The position numbers and the translations under genes were made by a program. The notes under the pieces are model-generated. The model was not told the DNA's origin. It worked only from the letters and a program-made list of their open reading frames with translations, and made no database searches. DNA of 64,000 nt from Tubiluchus corallicola (Eukaryota > Animalia > Priapulida), in the NCBI GenBank assembly GCA_030141605.1, contig JAQGDQ010000244.1, forward strand, positions 248,001-312,000, read 5' to 3'. This document shows, in pieces, positions 35,326-47,499 of the stretch (position 1 is the stretch's first letter; every line of letters begins with the position of its first letter).

Positions 35326-36037
35326 CTTTAAATTGCTTTAATTTAGCCAAAGGAACTCGTTACTCAAGACACGTTTGCGAGCGCAATTTCAGTCTTTCTC
35401 GACTTATATACCTACTACCATGCGAAGTTTATCTGTTACCAAACTGTGTCACCTGTTTCTTTCTCAAGATAAGCTAAAGTTGTTGAAGCTGGTGGCCCGT
35501 TACTGGCACGGACGCCGAATTCAAAAATCGTGCATCCAGGTGCTAATCAACGACTGGAAAATCTTGCGCATGCGCTTTTATTTAATTTATTAAATTAATG
35601 AGGTGACTTAATGCCAGGTTATTTCTTTCTTTAACTGATCAATTTGAAAGCTCAGAGAATGAGTAACTTGGTATCAAACCATACTTTAGTCTAGTTCACT
35701 ATCGCATTGCTAGTAATTTGAGTTGCCCTGGAATGAGTAACTTTGTTCTAAGGCCCGTTTCACATTGAGGACGTCAAGGAATCTTTTCAGAAAATCAGAA
35801 AATATTTGAAATAATACGCAGTAAGAAAGGTCATTTCACAGTGAAACCGCGCGCCCAGTTAGCTGCACGTATTTACAAGTTTTACACTGAAAATCATATC
35901 TAAATTAAGTTATACTTGCCGTATTTCTCATATACAAAGTACAATTAATAATGTTAATCAATGTAATGTCAGACCTGTTTGTTTTTTTAAAAAAAGTTCT
36001 ACTAACCACTTCAAAATCGGAAAATATACATGCATAA

Positions 36038-36590
36038 TGTAATATAATGTAATGTAATATAATATAATGTAATGTAATGTAATGTAATGTAATGTAATGT
36101 AATGTAATGTAATGTAATGTAGTGTAGTGTAGTGTAGTGTAGTGTAGTGTAGTGTAGTGTAGTGTAGTGTAGTGTAGTGTAGTGTAGTGTAGTGTAGTGT
36201 GATGTAATGTAATGTAATGTAATGTAATGTAATGTAATGTAATGTAATGTAATGTAATGTAATATAATGTAATATAATATAATATAATATAATATAATAT
36301 AATATAATATAATATAATATAATATAATATAATATATAATATAATATAATATAATATAATATAATATAATATAATATAATATAATATAATATAATATAAT
36401 ATAATATAATATAATATAATATAATATAATATAATATAATATAATATAATATAATATAATATAATATAATATAATATAATATATTATAATATAATATAAT
36501 ATAATATAATATAATATAATATAATATAATATAATATAATATAATATAATATAATATAATATAATATAATATAATATATAGTATATAATA
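36038..36590. repeat. Compound pentanucleotide satellite (TAATG)/(TAGTG)/(TAATA)
   Basis: Direct reading. Confidence 0.95.
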
Positions 36591-37368
36591 ATATATGCGT
36601 GTGTTATTTTTTTCTTTTTCACGAATATACCTATCAATGTTGCATTAATTAAACATAAAATCATCAGTATTATTAGGGAGATTAAATCTTATAATTTTAT
36701 GCTGAAATCTGTTACTGCAATCGTTATTCGTGAAATAAGAAAGAATTAATTGAGTTGGTTAGAATTAAGACTGAACTCCGCGAGGATTCCTCTTGTAAAT
36801 GGAATACGCAGCATTTCTACTATTTGGCAAAATTCCTCACGAGGAGGACGCATAGCTTCTAGCTCACCAGGAACGGCACAAAGAATTTAGCCGCGCGTTC
36901 TTAAGGTTCAGTTGGAGCATCATTGCATATCGCTTTCTGTTGCACGCTAGCAGGCAGAACTTTTCCTGACGATGAATCTTTATAATGAAAATTTAACACA
37001 TTTTATTATATGGTGGATTGTTTATGAAACGAATATCGTTCTTGTCATAAATTATTTAAACGTGAATTTATTACTTTTTTGGCGAATCACAAACACCAAG
37101 TATTGAATTTATTAAATTGTTTGAGCTTTTGTGAACTTGTGTCTTTGTCGTGTATTCTGTAGTTAACACTAATTATATTGCAAATTTTTAAATAAGTAAT
37201 CGTATTGTAATGATCTAAAGACATACAATCGCTTTTGTTTTTTATGATATTATTTCATAACTTTTTATTAAATGCAGAAAAGTGGTTTAATTTTTTTACC
37301 TACATATATGTTTCGTCTTTCACACCTTTACTTTATATTTGTCATGTACAGTTAACCTGCAGTGTAGT

Positions 37369-38073
37369 GTAACTTACAGTACTGTAACCAGCATGAGTAC
37401 TGCAGACTGGAGTTAACTTACAGTACTGTAACCAGCATGAGTACTGCAGACTGGAGTTAACTTACAGTACTGTAACCAGCATGAGTACTGCAGACTGGAG
37501 TTAACTTACAGTACTGTAACCAGCATGAGTACGACTGAGTTTAATTACAGTACTGCAACCAACATGAGTACTGGAGACTGGAGTTAACTTACAGTACTGT
37601 AACCAGCATGAGTACTGCAGACTGGAGTTAACTTACAGTACTGTAACCAGCATGAGTACTGCAGACTGGAGTTAACTTACAGTACTGTAACCAACATGAG
37701 TACTGGAGACTGGAGTTTACTTACATACTGTAACCAGCATGAGTACAGATGGATTAACTTACAGTACTAACCAATGACCGAGTTTACCAGTACTGTAACC
37801 AGCATGAGTACTGGAGACTGGAGTTTACTTACAGTACTGTAACCAGCATGAGTACTGCAGACTGGAGTTAACTTACAGTACTGTAACCAGCATGAGTACT
37901 GCAGACTGGAGTTAACTTACAGTACTGTAACCAGCATGAGTACTGGAGACTGGAGTTAACCTACAGTACTGTAACCAGCATGAGTACTGGAGACTGGAGT
38001 TAACCTACAGTACTGTAACCAGCATGAGTACTGGAGACTGGAGTTAACCTACAGTACTGTAACCATCATGAGT
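37369..38073. repeat. 44-bp minisatellite, ~16 copies
   Basis: Unit gttaacttacagtactgtaaccagcatgagtactgcagactgga. Confidence 0.95.
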
Positions 38074-38444
38074 TTTTCGTGTAAAATGTGAATCATTTTA
38101 ATTACTAATTTGGTGCTGCTTTTACTGTTAATGCGTTGAATTTATTGTAGTGTGCATCAATTCAAAATAAATTGTTTAGTATTAATATAAAAGTTTGACG
38201 TCATAAGGTGGTAATTACTAGACCACATCGTGAAAACAGCAAAACATATTTTGCAGGACGTCAAGTTTATTATAAAAATATTGTGAGATTTATTTGGAAT
38301 TATTGCATATTAGAATAAATTCTAAACTACTATTGGATTTATTTCGAATTGCGTGTATTGCACATTACAATAAATTCAGTGCAGCAAAATTAGCTGCAAA
38401 AACAGGGTTAGTAATTGGACGAGTGACCGGTCTCTCTCACATAT

Positions 38445-38570
38445 CAGATTGTTTAATCTAGTGGTCGCACGTCTGCTTTCCGTCTGGGAAGTCGTGAGTT
38501 CGATACAGAGGCCGTGTCATACCAAAGACTAAAAAATTGTACCTGCCGTTGCCCTGCCTTGCACGTCTGC
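38445..38570 (+). mobile_element. tRNA-derived SINE head, degenerate
   Basis: A-box-like tctagtggt, B-box-like gagttcgatac, then gtcataccaaagact..aaaa..gtacctg typical of invertebrate SINE bodies. Confidence 0.5.
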
Positions 38571-38616
38571 AAAAGTTTATGTTAATTGTTTATCTAAAAG
38601 ACGTTATAATAATAAT

Positions 38617-38617
<1 letters not shown>

Positions 38618-38652
<35 letters not shown>

Positions 38653-38654
38653 GC

Positions 38655-38689
<35 letters not shown>

Positions 38690-38934
38690 TAGTGCAGTAG
38701 TAGTGACAGTAATAGTAGCAGTAGTAGTAGCAGTAGTAGTAGTGTAGTAGTAGTAGCAGTAGTAGTAGTAGCAGTAGTAGTAGTAGTAATAGTAGTAGTA
38801 GCAGTAGCAGTAGTAGTAGCGGTAGTAGTAGTGTAGTAGTAGTAGCAGTAGTAGTAGTAGTAGTAGCAGTAGTAGTAGTAGTAATAGTAGTAGTAGCAGT
38901 AGTAGTAGTAGTAGCAGTAGTAGTAGTAGTAGCG

Positions 38935-38989
<55 letters not shown>

Positions 38990-39199
38990 GAGTAGTAGTA
39001 GTAGTTGTAGTAGTTGTAGTAGTAGTGGTAGTAGTAGTGTAGTAGTAGTAGCAGTAGTAGTAGTAGTAACAGTAGTAGTAGCAGTAGTAGTAGTAGTAGC
39101 GGTAGTAGTAGTAGTAGGAGTAGTAGTAGTAGTAGTAGTAGGAGTAGTAGTAGTAGTAGTAGTTGTAGTAGTTGTAGTAGTAGTGGTAGTAGTAGTAAC
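38618..39199. repeat. Imperfect (TAG)n microsatellite
   Basis: Direct reading. Confidence 0.95.
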
Positions 39200-39745
39200 A
39201 GTATATCGTGGTGAGTTGCGAAGTATGAATAAGTATAATAACGAGTTCATCTTTTTCAAATGTAGACGTATTTTATTAATTATCGGAGTATAACGTAAAT
39301 TAAAAGTACATTTCTTTAAATTTTAATAACAATTAAATAACGCTTTTTAATAATATGCATAGTCGAGAGGTTCAATTTATAATGTGCGTGTGGTTGATGT
39401 AAGCTCTGGTTAGACATTAGCCTTGCTAAATGTGGAAAGTGACTTGATTCAACTTACAAACAAACTGCTTTGAGAAACTCTAGAAATTTTATTTACGAAC
39501 TTTCAAAAATTAACCTTATTACATCAAACTAATCTAAATCATCACAGCATCTAAACGAACTGAACGACTACCACTAGTTACCACAATAATATTGCACGAA
39601 TTTATCAAGAATGAATTAAATAACAATTTTACAGACATGCTGTCTTCATAATGCCTCGCATGATAAGTAATTCTCATGACGATATCAAACAGCTACGTTT
39701 GAAATTGTGGACCTTTGTGGCTTCCATTATAAATGTATTGTGCAG

Positions 39746-39907
39746 CTACGGTCTGGCTTCACAAGGATCGCGCGTTTCGCAGATGTAACCATGGACGTTT
39801 TTAGCGTCTTCACCCTGGCATCCGTAATCAATCCATTCCCAATTACTGTCCTTATTCATTGCCATGCAGTCGTGTGCAGGATTTATCCCGTTTGGCGCGC
39901 CCGGCCC
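39746..39907 (-). CDS. C-type lectin B, exon 4
   Basis: tttccag|GPGAPNGINPAHDCMAMNKDSNWEWIDYGC...GYICETRDPCEARP*; phase mismatch with the homologous donor (see findings). Confidence 0.75.
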   Translation of the reverse strand, partial: GPGAPNGINPAHDCMAMNKDSNWEWIDYGCQGEDAKNVHGYICETRDPCEARP

Positions 39908-40320
39908 CTGGAAACACATATAAGTTAAGTAAGTTTAAAAACCTGTCAAAGTCGACAGAATAAAAGATGTAGTAGAACTAACCATGTCAGTAAAAATGGA
40001 TGAAGCGAGGTGAGTGTACATAACAATTCAATTTTTATTTTTTTACTTTGACATGGTTAACTGATTTTCTCTCACAGCAGCAGACCTAATAACGAAATAA
40101 CAAAGTAACGGCCTAGCAAAAAAACGAAATATTATAATGTATTTGGGATTCACAAATCGAAAACTTGATAAAATTAGAAACCTAGCTATAATTGGTAATT
40201 TAAAATTTGTCAGACAACCCCTAAAAATTAACAAAACAAAAAACGAACACCAAGTACCTACAACACAATTATCTCAGGTAGGTTAGGCCTTCGACTTTTA
40301 TAAGTTCTAGAATTACGTAC

Positions 40321-40414
40321 CAATTTGAGTAACCAGACAGAGGTACACCAAAGCCCCACCAGTACCAATCAAATTCTCGAGCTAGATCAGTGCCACCTAC
40401 CCACGGAGTGAAAT
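40321..40414 (-). CDS. C-type lectin B, exon 3 (may extend to 40317)
   Basis: NFTPWVGGTDLAREFDWYWWGFGVPLSGYSNW, paralogous to lectin A exon 3. Confidence 0.8.
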
Positions 40415-40952
40415 CTACAAAAATCAAAGAAGAGTAATAATGTTGTGTAGTTTCACTTGTTGTACTGTATAGTACTCTCAGTCTCAGTCGTAATTACCGC
40501 GAAAATATCCAATAAATCCATCATTTGTAGGCCTAAACCACGTTGGGACGTAACCAGGTTCTAAAGTTAAGGGGAGCAAGCACCTAAAAAAGGCGCCGTA
40601 ATACATACCAAAAGGCACCCTGACACATGAAGCAATTGTTGTGTTTGTCTGTCACAACAGATGGTATCAGCATGTGACAAGATTATTACAATACTTAGCC
40701 TAAATGAGTTGCGTAAATGCATACTTATTTCAAAAATACTGGAAGCAGGTTGGTCAAATAAAGTAAAAAAGTTGGTTGTTGAAAAGGTGCAAATCTTGAA
40801 AAATGTGTGGTGCGGTTGCTCCCCCTTGCTCGGATATTAGCTACGCCACTGATACCAACATTAAAATGTTTGTAGCATCATTTTGTCAGTGGTTCTTCTT
40901 TGACGTAATATTTTGACGCAATACAAAAGGTATAAAGATATAGTGTACTCAC

Positions 40953-41147
40953 TGTTGCCGAAATTTATGAGGATATTTGCCCTGAGAAATAATTGCTCAC
41001 GGCGGCTGTCGATGCCCACCAATGTGGCATTTTCTTTAATGCATCTTTGCTCGGCTTCAAACCAGTTTAGTGGTGATTCCTGGCCGAAATAATAGCAATG
41101 GTCTTCGAAGGAAATCCAACCGTCGTTACACGTCTGTGCTGTCACCC
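40953..41147 (-). CDS. C-type lectin B, exon 2
   Basis: ttttcag|...|gtgagt. VTAQTCNDGWISFEDHCYYFGQESPLNWFEAEQRC... Confidence 0.85.
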
Positions 41148-41523
41148 CTGAAAATTAGCAGTTTGCAATTTCACAAATATCATTAGTATGACATAAATAT
41201 AACCTTACTAGAATGAATTAAAATCTGTAGTAGCGGTGTTAGTGCAGTAGCGATATTAGTAACTGCGCTTTACATGTAATTTCAGTTTGTACTGTTGTTC
41301 TGATACATGTCATATGACTGTGACTGTTGCAGTGCTTCTGTGAAAAAGTTACAGCTACGAAACAGTTAGTTACTGTTACTCTTCGTACAAAATATTAATT
41401 TAGAAGACGCTTCAATACCTACATTCCGATGCAGTGAGAGTACAATACATTAAATCAAACTATCATTAGACGACAAAGATAAAAGCTCTAGTAGAAATAT
41501 CTGAAAGATTTAGAGATACTTAC

Positions 41524-41569
41524 CCCATACAAATGTCAGAATTGCAAAAACTAAAAACTGCGACTTCAT
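41524..41569 (-). CDS. C-type lectin B, exon 1 (signal peptide)
   Basis: MKSQFLVFAILTFVW + G |gtaagt. Confidence 0.8.
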
Positions 41570-44500
41570 TTTGATATAGTTTGTAATGTGACAAGCCAAG
41601 AGTCATGTAAGATGCATGTAAGCACGAACGAATTTCTAAATTCGTCACCCTGGATATTGATATGTAGGTAAATTCCCTTTCGCAAAATATTTGGACACTT
41701 GTTTATCTATTAAAATTGTGTCACCTGTTCTATTCTCATAGGGCTATTAAAAAAGCTGCTGGCGGCGCATGATAGCAAGACATTATAACGGCAATCGGCA
41801 ATTTTTTAATGCTGAAAGTTAATAACTTGTCGTAATAAGAGAGTTTCTCTAGATATTGAACGAATAAATGTTCAAAAAATAATATAATTCGGTTTGGTGA
41901 GCTGGACAACATTCAGACAGGCGATTAGTGACAAAAACAACTTGTCCACAACTTCTTACGACTTTTTCAATCAAAGCATTTGCAGCACAGTTAAAAATAC
42001 TCTCCCGTTGACAGTCATATTATTGTTATATTGCCATACGTCTAAATTGCCAAAGGACAGGCTTAACTACAGTACACTCTCGCAGCTCTTGTGACAGTTA
42101 AATTTATGACAAAAATAAAGTAAAAAATTAAAACATTTTAATCAAAAAATGTTTTGTTTATAAAATTTATTAGGTCTTGTAGTATTCTCATATTTCATAC
42201 TGGACCATAGGTGACAGAAAAATATTTGTCACCTTAAAGTAACAATAAACATCAGCAACTGGGGCCACGTGGGCCTAAATTTTTATTTAAAGGTAAGAAT
42301 CTTTTTAGCAAACAGAACTAGTGTGCTGTGTATACATAGATAACAAAACTAGGTCTTTGGATGTCAGAGATAGTGATTGGGAATTTCCAAAATTTCAGTG
42401 TTACAAGGTCTTTTAGCTGTCACAGATATTTCAAAATCCTAAGTGATCCGCTCAACCTAATTTTGTTATCGGACTGACGGTTTATTTACGTCGCGAGTTG
42501 AAGCCTTGGGGTCCTAGCCGTGACAGTTGCAAAAATGGTGTTTAAAAAACAAGCTTATACAATGTTTCCTTAACTCCTTCAGGGCCGCACCATTGAAAAT
42601 TGGTCTTATAAGACCTATGACTTTACTGCTACTGTATGAGCACAGACATAACTAATTACTTATAAATTGGATATTGTTCTATTCAGGTAAATCATGGCCA
42701 TTCAATCATGCTATGTGTCTAGGCATCTATAAAACATGCTTTTTTCAGGCACTCAGCCTTACCCTATCAAGTTGGTCAGTCTGGTGTACACTTGCGCGAT
42801 CGTGCACACTACTTTCCTGGTCGTTGGGTGATGCTTGCTATAGCCCAAACACTGCAGGTATTGGAAGCTTTTTTCCAATTTTTTGTAAATGTAATCTATG
42901 TAAGGTAAGCAACTGCACTTCATATATAACTTTGCATGAAAGCGCAAATTATCAAAATAATATAGTGTAATCGTTGCTTAATGAAAGTAGTTCTTCATGA
43001 ACCCAAGCAAAATGCAGCGAAAGCTTACGGTTCTGAAGGAGTTAAATGGTCAGCAGTAACTGCTGATTTCACATGCACAAAAATAAAAACAAATCGCATA
43101 AAAGCAAAGGTTACTGTTAAACTTTGTGTTCGATGGTTTCGCCTAACTGTGCAAGAAAGCCTACATGCCTTAAAGATGCTTGCAGCTATGATCCAACTGT
43201 CTCGCGGCTCTCGCGTACCCGTCAGAAAATTATTCTAAATCCAACATATGTGAAGCCGTGCAAAATGTTACAGTTTGCATTCAAACATCTCCTTATTGTT
43301 TTTCCAGTTAAGGGAACTGGAAATTGGACGTTTTTAGGTCATTGTGATTTGGTCATTGTCATATTGTCATGTTACGCTATAATCATCGTTGCTACTAGTT
43401 TTACTTTTGTCGTCAAAATTGAATAACGTTATGTTGATATTGGCATAACTACTGTAATAATTATTATAATAAAATTAAATTGTAATCTGATATTGTGTTC
43501 GAGATTTCGAGTCAGGCCTGAGACTTGTCGCTGTAAGAGCGTTATTGTTTCACTTGCCGCAAAGGCGTCGAACTTGAAAACGAAAGTCTTGCCACTGCAA
43601 TCAGTGCATGCTGCAAAGATTTTGTAGCAGACGATAATGGGAACGTGTCTGATAAGCAGCAGAAGCTTTAAATTTTAATATTAGATCACTTTATCGCTAA
43701 AATTATTAACTTAATATTAACCTGTTAAAAAGCGGCATATCAAATTCAGGTATTGGGAAAAATTGTGTATATATATATAGTGACGTGAAATAATATTCGT
43801 TACTTTTATGAATTAGCATACATGTGTGGTTGTTCCTGTTTCTCATTGTTGGAATTATACAAATGAATTTAAATGATACTCACTGAGTATGACAACCTTA
43901 AATTTAATTATCATTACCATACCGTAGCCGAATTCCTATGTCTGTTGTGGTAAACAGGCGCGCAATATTTTGCCAACTTTGTTGTGTGATGAGAACTACT
44001 TGGTATCGTATCATCAACAAACTGAAAATAGACTACTATGCACCCAAATAAATGAAAAGAAATCCTTCATGTATTTAAACAAATTTCGTTTAACTGGGTA
44101 GCTAAATGCTATATCAATAAATTCGAGGGCAATATTGTTACAATAAGCGGAAATCTTACAGTTACTTTTAATCTTACGGCTGCACAGGGAAGTCCAGGTG
44201 CTGTGCTACTGCAATGAAATACTCAAACCATCCAATTGTATGAGTTAGTAACATTTGTAGTTTTTACTATCATCAACTCTGGATTCCATGCTCAAGTTTA
44301 GCAGGTTAGAAGATCTGTGTCTGATGGTGTGCTAGAACAAGTGTCCGGGCACCAAATTGTATTTCATGAATATTTGAGGTTTTGAAGGCGGTTTTAACAA
44401 CCAAAATTTTTTGAATTTCAGTCATGAGAACAATGAGATAGATCTATCATGTGCGTTCCGAAAATAGCGTTTTTAGGCAGGATATTTCCGTTATATATAA

Positions 44501-45577
44501 TCGGTTTTGGGGATATGCGTTAAGAATAATTTGGTTCTTTAGCATTTTTAAAATTCCATTTATGTTCGATTAGCATAAGGGATTTATTTCATTTTGCGAA
44601 AGTAGGCATCTGGGAAAAATTGCATAAGTTTATATAAAATTTGATTTGAGTTTTAACAACATTAAATAATTTAAATTCGAATGCTGTTACATAATAAAAG
44701 TATTTATCCTTTATTTCCATTCAACAAAGCAAAAGGCCTAATTATGTAAAAACAAAAGACTGAATAGAATGCTTGCAATGGGGGGGGGTCTGTTTGCACC
44801 ACCGTGTTTCTTGATTATAAATCTTTATTTTCCAGTATATCACATGTATTTTTTGCTTTTTTTTCTTTTCTTTTGTATTATTCAAAAACAGAAGGATTCT
44901 CATTCTACTGTGCAGTAAAATCCCCGTATTTTGCCCGAACTACTGCTATCGTCAAGAGCAAGGGTAAAAGTGTAAGAATAATAATTATTTATTTTTTTAT
45001 AGTTTTGATCAGTTACTGTTGATTTTGCAGACCACCAACATTGAAGACGGGATCTATGAGTGTCGATTCTAGTTTTATTTCCAAAATGAAACATTCTGTA
45101 AGTGGCTTTCGATCATGCTAATTTGAACGCGTAATTCGTTTTTATTATTTATTATTCAAAAACAGAAACATTCTCATTCTGAATGTAAACTCTCCTTTCA
45201 ACTGATGTCAGGTCGAATGTTAAACGGTTTTGAACGTCGTGTTAGCATCACCACATGTCATATAAACGATATAAACGAGCGTTTTGCAATACAAAGAAAG
45301 AGATTATATTGTACTAAGTACCTTCCAAGTTGTTAAAAACATACTTATTGGTTAATGAATAGAATGTGTCGAGAATATAAATTGACAGACTCAAGCTTTA
45401 GAAAGGTAGAGTATTCCAACGTAGTTCATGTAAACTTGAAAAAAACGTTTGCTATGTCAATATAAATGGACTGGTGAACAATGAGTGATTCCCAATTTAA
45501 TGAGAATTATGTTTTATTATTGCAGTGCCGTCTATAAAAACTTTCAAAACTTCCACACTTCTTGATAAACCGATATA

Positions 45578-47386
45578 ATGGATATACTGTTATCGTTGTT
45601 ACTGATTGTCATTGTCTTGTCAACTGCATCGTCACAGATACTTTCTAGTACTGATGTTGTGAGACTCTGCAAGTATCAGGAACACAATAAGCAAGAAAGA
45701 ATTATTAGTAGCAAATTTTCATCAGTGGTTTTTGTTAGTCAGTATAAAGGTGATGATCCTTGTCCTTCACACTTGATCTTTCCGGGATTCCAGTCAAAAT
45801 TGACAGCATTTATTATTACAATGGATGAAAGTTGGCCTTGTACTGCACAGACGAAGAAGAGCTCGGACAGTTGGTCGCTCAGATATTCGTGGCAGATTAC
45901 AATGTTTGACCCCTCTAATGGTTTGAGTCCTGGACTTCAAGTTGATGCAACAAAGCAACAGTATAGTTGGTATTGTTCAGAATTCACGCGTGATACTAAT
46001 GTGAAGGTGTTGATCTTTAACCCACGTGCTCATCCCACACAAGAGGCAGTTGCTATTGCCGTTCGATCAAATGAAGTACAGGCGAGCAGTAATTACACAA
46101 TAGAGTTGGCAGCTCTTCAGTTAGATTTAGATGACCATTGTCCTAATGGTGACTGCTTGGTCAACAATGTGGACTGTTATTGGAAGCGACCGACACCGTA
46201 TATTGAATGCACCTGTTCAGAAGAATCACAGTCATCCATCTGTGTTGCATTACACAATCCTGACCAAAGGTGCAGCGAGTGGCCATGTCTGTACAATTGC
46301 TTCTCAAGTCCATGTCTCAATGGAGGATCATGTATTACCACAGCTGCATCTTATGAGTGTAAGTGCCCAGACGGATACACAGGAAAATATTGCGAGGTCT
46401 CGACAGATTCACAAAAACAGAAAGAGACCGAATATGTCGAGTGTGAGGAAGAAGAAGAAGAAGATTGCGTCACCTTTTGTGAACCAGGATTCACCGGAAA
46501 GCTTTGTGAGACCGACATTGATGAATGCGCATCTAGTCCTTGTGAGAATAACAGCACTTGTGAAGAAGATCTGGATTATTACAATTGTATTTGTCAGCCA
46601 GGTTTCACAGGTGTAAATTGCGAAGACGACATTGATGACTGTGAATCTGCTCCTTGTCAAAATGGAGGCTGGTGTGTTGATGATGTGGAGTACTACACTT
46701 GCAATTGTCAACCGGGTTTTACTGGTGACAGATGTGAAGAAAACATCAACGAATGCGAATCTTCTCCATGTCAAAGTGGAGGACAGTGCATGGACGGTGC
46801 GAATTATTACCAATGTGTGTGTGAACCTGGACTCACGGGCGATAAATGTGATGTGAAAGTTGATGAATGTGCATCCGTTCCGTGCCGCAATGGGGGCACG
46901 TGTATTGATGGTGACAATTCGTATAAATGTACCTGTAGTTTTGGATTTACTGGTCAGTCGTGCACCACTAATATTGATGAATGCTCGTCGGATCCTTGTC
47001 TAAATGACGCCTTCTGCTTGGATGGCATTGGTGCATATTTCTGTTCTTGTCTCACCGGATATACGGGCAGAAACTGTGAAACTAATGTTCCGGCGATTTG
47101 TCCAGATGAAAACAAAGATGGAGATCGATGTCTGAATGAAACGTCATGCGTTTGTGACGATGACTGTGCAGCCATGGAGAGGTGTTGCACGATCGTTTCT
47201 TGCGGTCCGGTATGCCGGGGCAGTTTTCCAGAAGGTCCTTACAAATACCTACCAAGGTTTCGCAATATTGGCGTTCTGATCGTTTGCATAGGTCTGCTTC
47301 TTTTTATCCTTCTGTCCGTGTGTAAACTGGTTTCCAATAGATTGCGCGCACGGCCTGGTCGATCTCCGATTATTGCGCTCACTTAA
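45578..47386 (+). CDS. Type-I membrane protein: signal peptide, unknown N-terminal domain, Notch/fibropellin-like EGF repeats, WAP-like domain, TM, short tail
   Basis: 602-aa ORF with hydrophobic N-terminus, five D/N-x-D/N-E/D-C-x-S-x-PC calcium-binding-type EGFs plus others, an 8-Cys C..C..C....C.....CC....CG..C module and TM IGVLIVCIGLLLFILLSVC. Acceptor ttgcag at ~45525 implies a 5' UTR intron. Confidence 0.9.
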   Translation: MDILLSLLLIVIVLSTASSQILSSTDVVRLCKYQEHNKQERIISSKFSSVVFVSQYKGDDPCPSHLIFPGFQSKLTAFIITMDESWPCTAQTKKSSDSWSLRYSWQITMFDPSNGLSPGLQVDATKQQYSWYCSEFTRDTNVKVLIFNPRAHPTQEAVAIAVRSNEVQASSNYTIELAALQLDLDDHCPNGDCLVNNVDCYWKRPTPYIECTCSEESQSSICVALHNPDQRCSEWPCLYNCFSSPCLNGGSCITTAASYECKCPDGYTGKYCEVSTDSQKQKETEYVECEEEEEEDCVTFCEPGFTGKLCETDIDECASSPCENNSTCEEDLDYYNCICQPGFTGVNCEDDIDDCESAPCQNGGWCVDDVEYYTCNCQPGFTGDRCEENINECESSPCQSGGQCMDGANYYQCVCEPGLTGDKCDVKVDECASVPCRNGGTCIDGDNSYKCTCSFGFTGQSCTTNIDECSSDPCLNDAFCLDGIGAYFCSCLTGYTGRNCETNVPAICPDENKDGDRCLNETSCVCDDDCAAMERCCTIVSCGPVCRGSFPEGPYKYLPRFRNIGVLIVCIGLLLFILLSVCKLVSNRLRARPGRSPIIALT

Positions 47387-47499
47387 CAGGGAGAACACTT
47401 GTGCTGGTGTAGTGGTGTGATGTTAGTGCAAGAAGTGGTGGCGCTAGCTGTTATATACAGGTAAAAAAACTGACTGTTTTACAACCTGACGAACATATA

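Noticed and set aside
36011-39259. 217-aa and 221-aa minus-strand ORFs
   Set aside because: They are translations of pentanucleotide and (TAG)n microsatellites.
45578-47386. Calling the EGF protein Notch, Delta or fibropellin
   Set aside because: No LNR/ankyrin, no recognisable DSL and no avidin domain; only the EGF repeats are shared.
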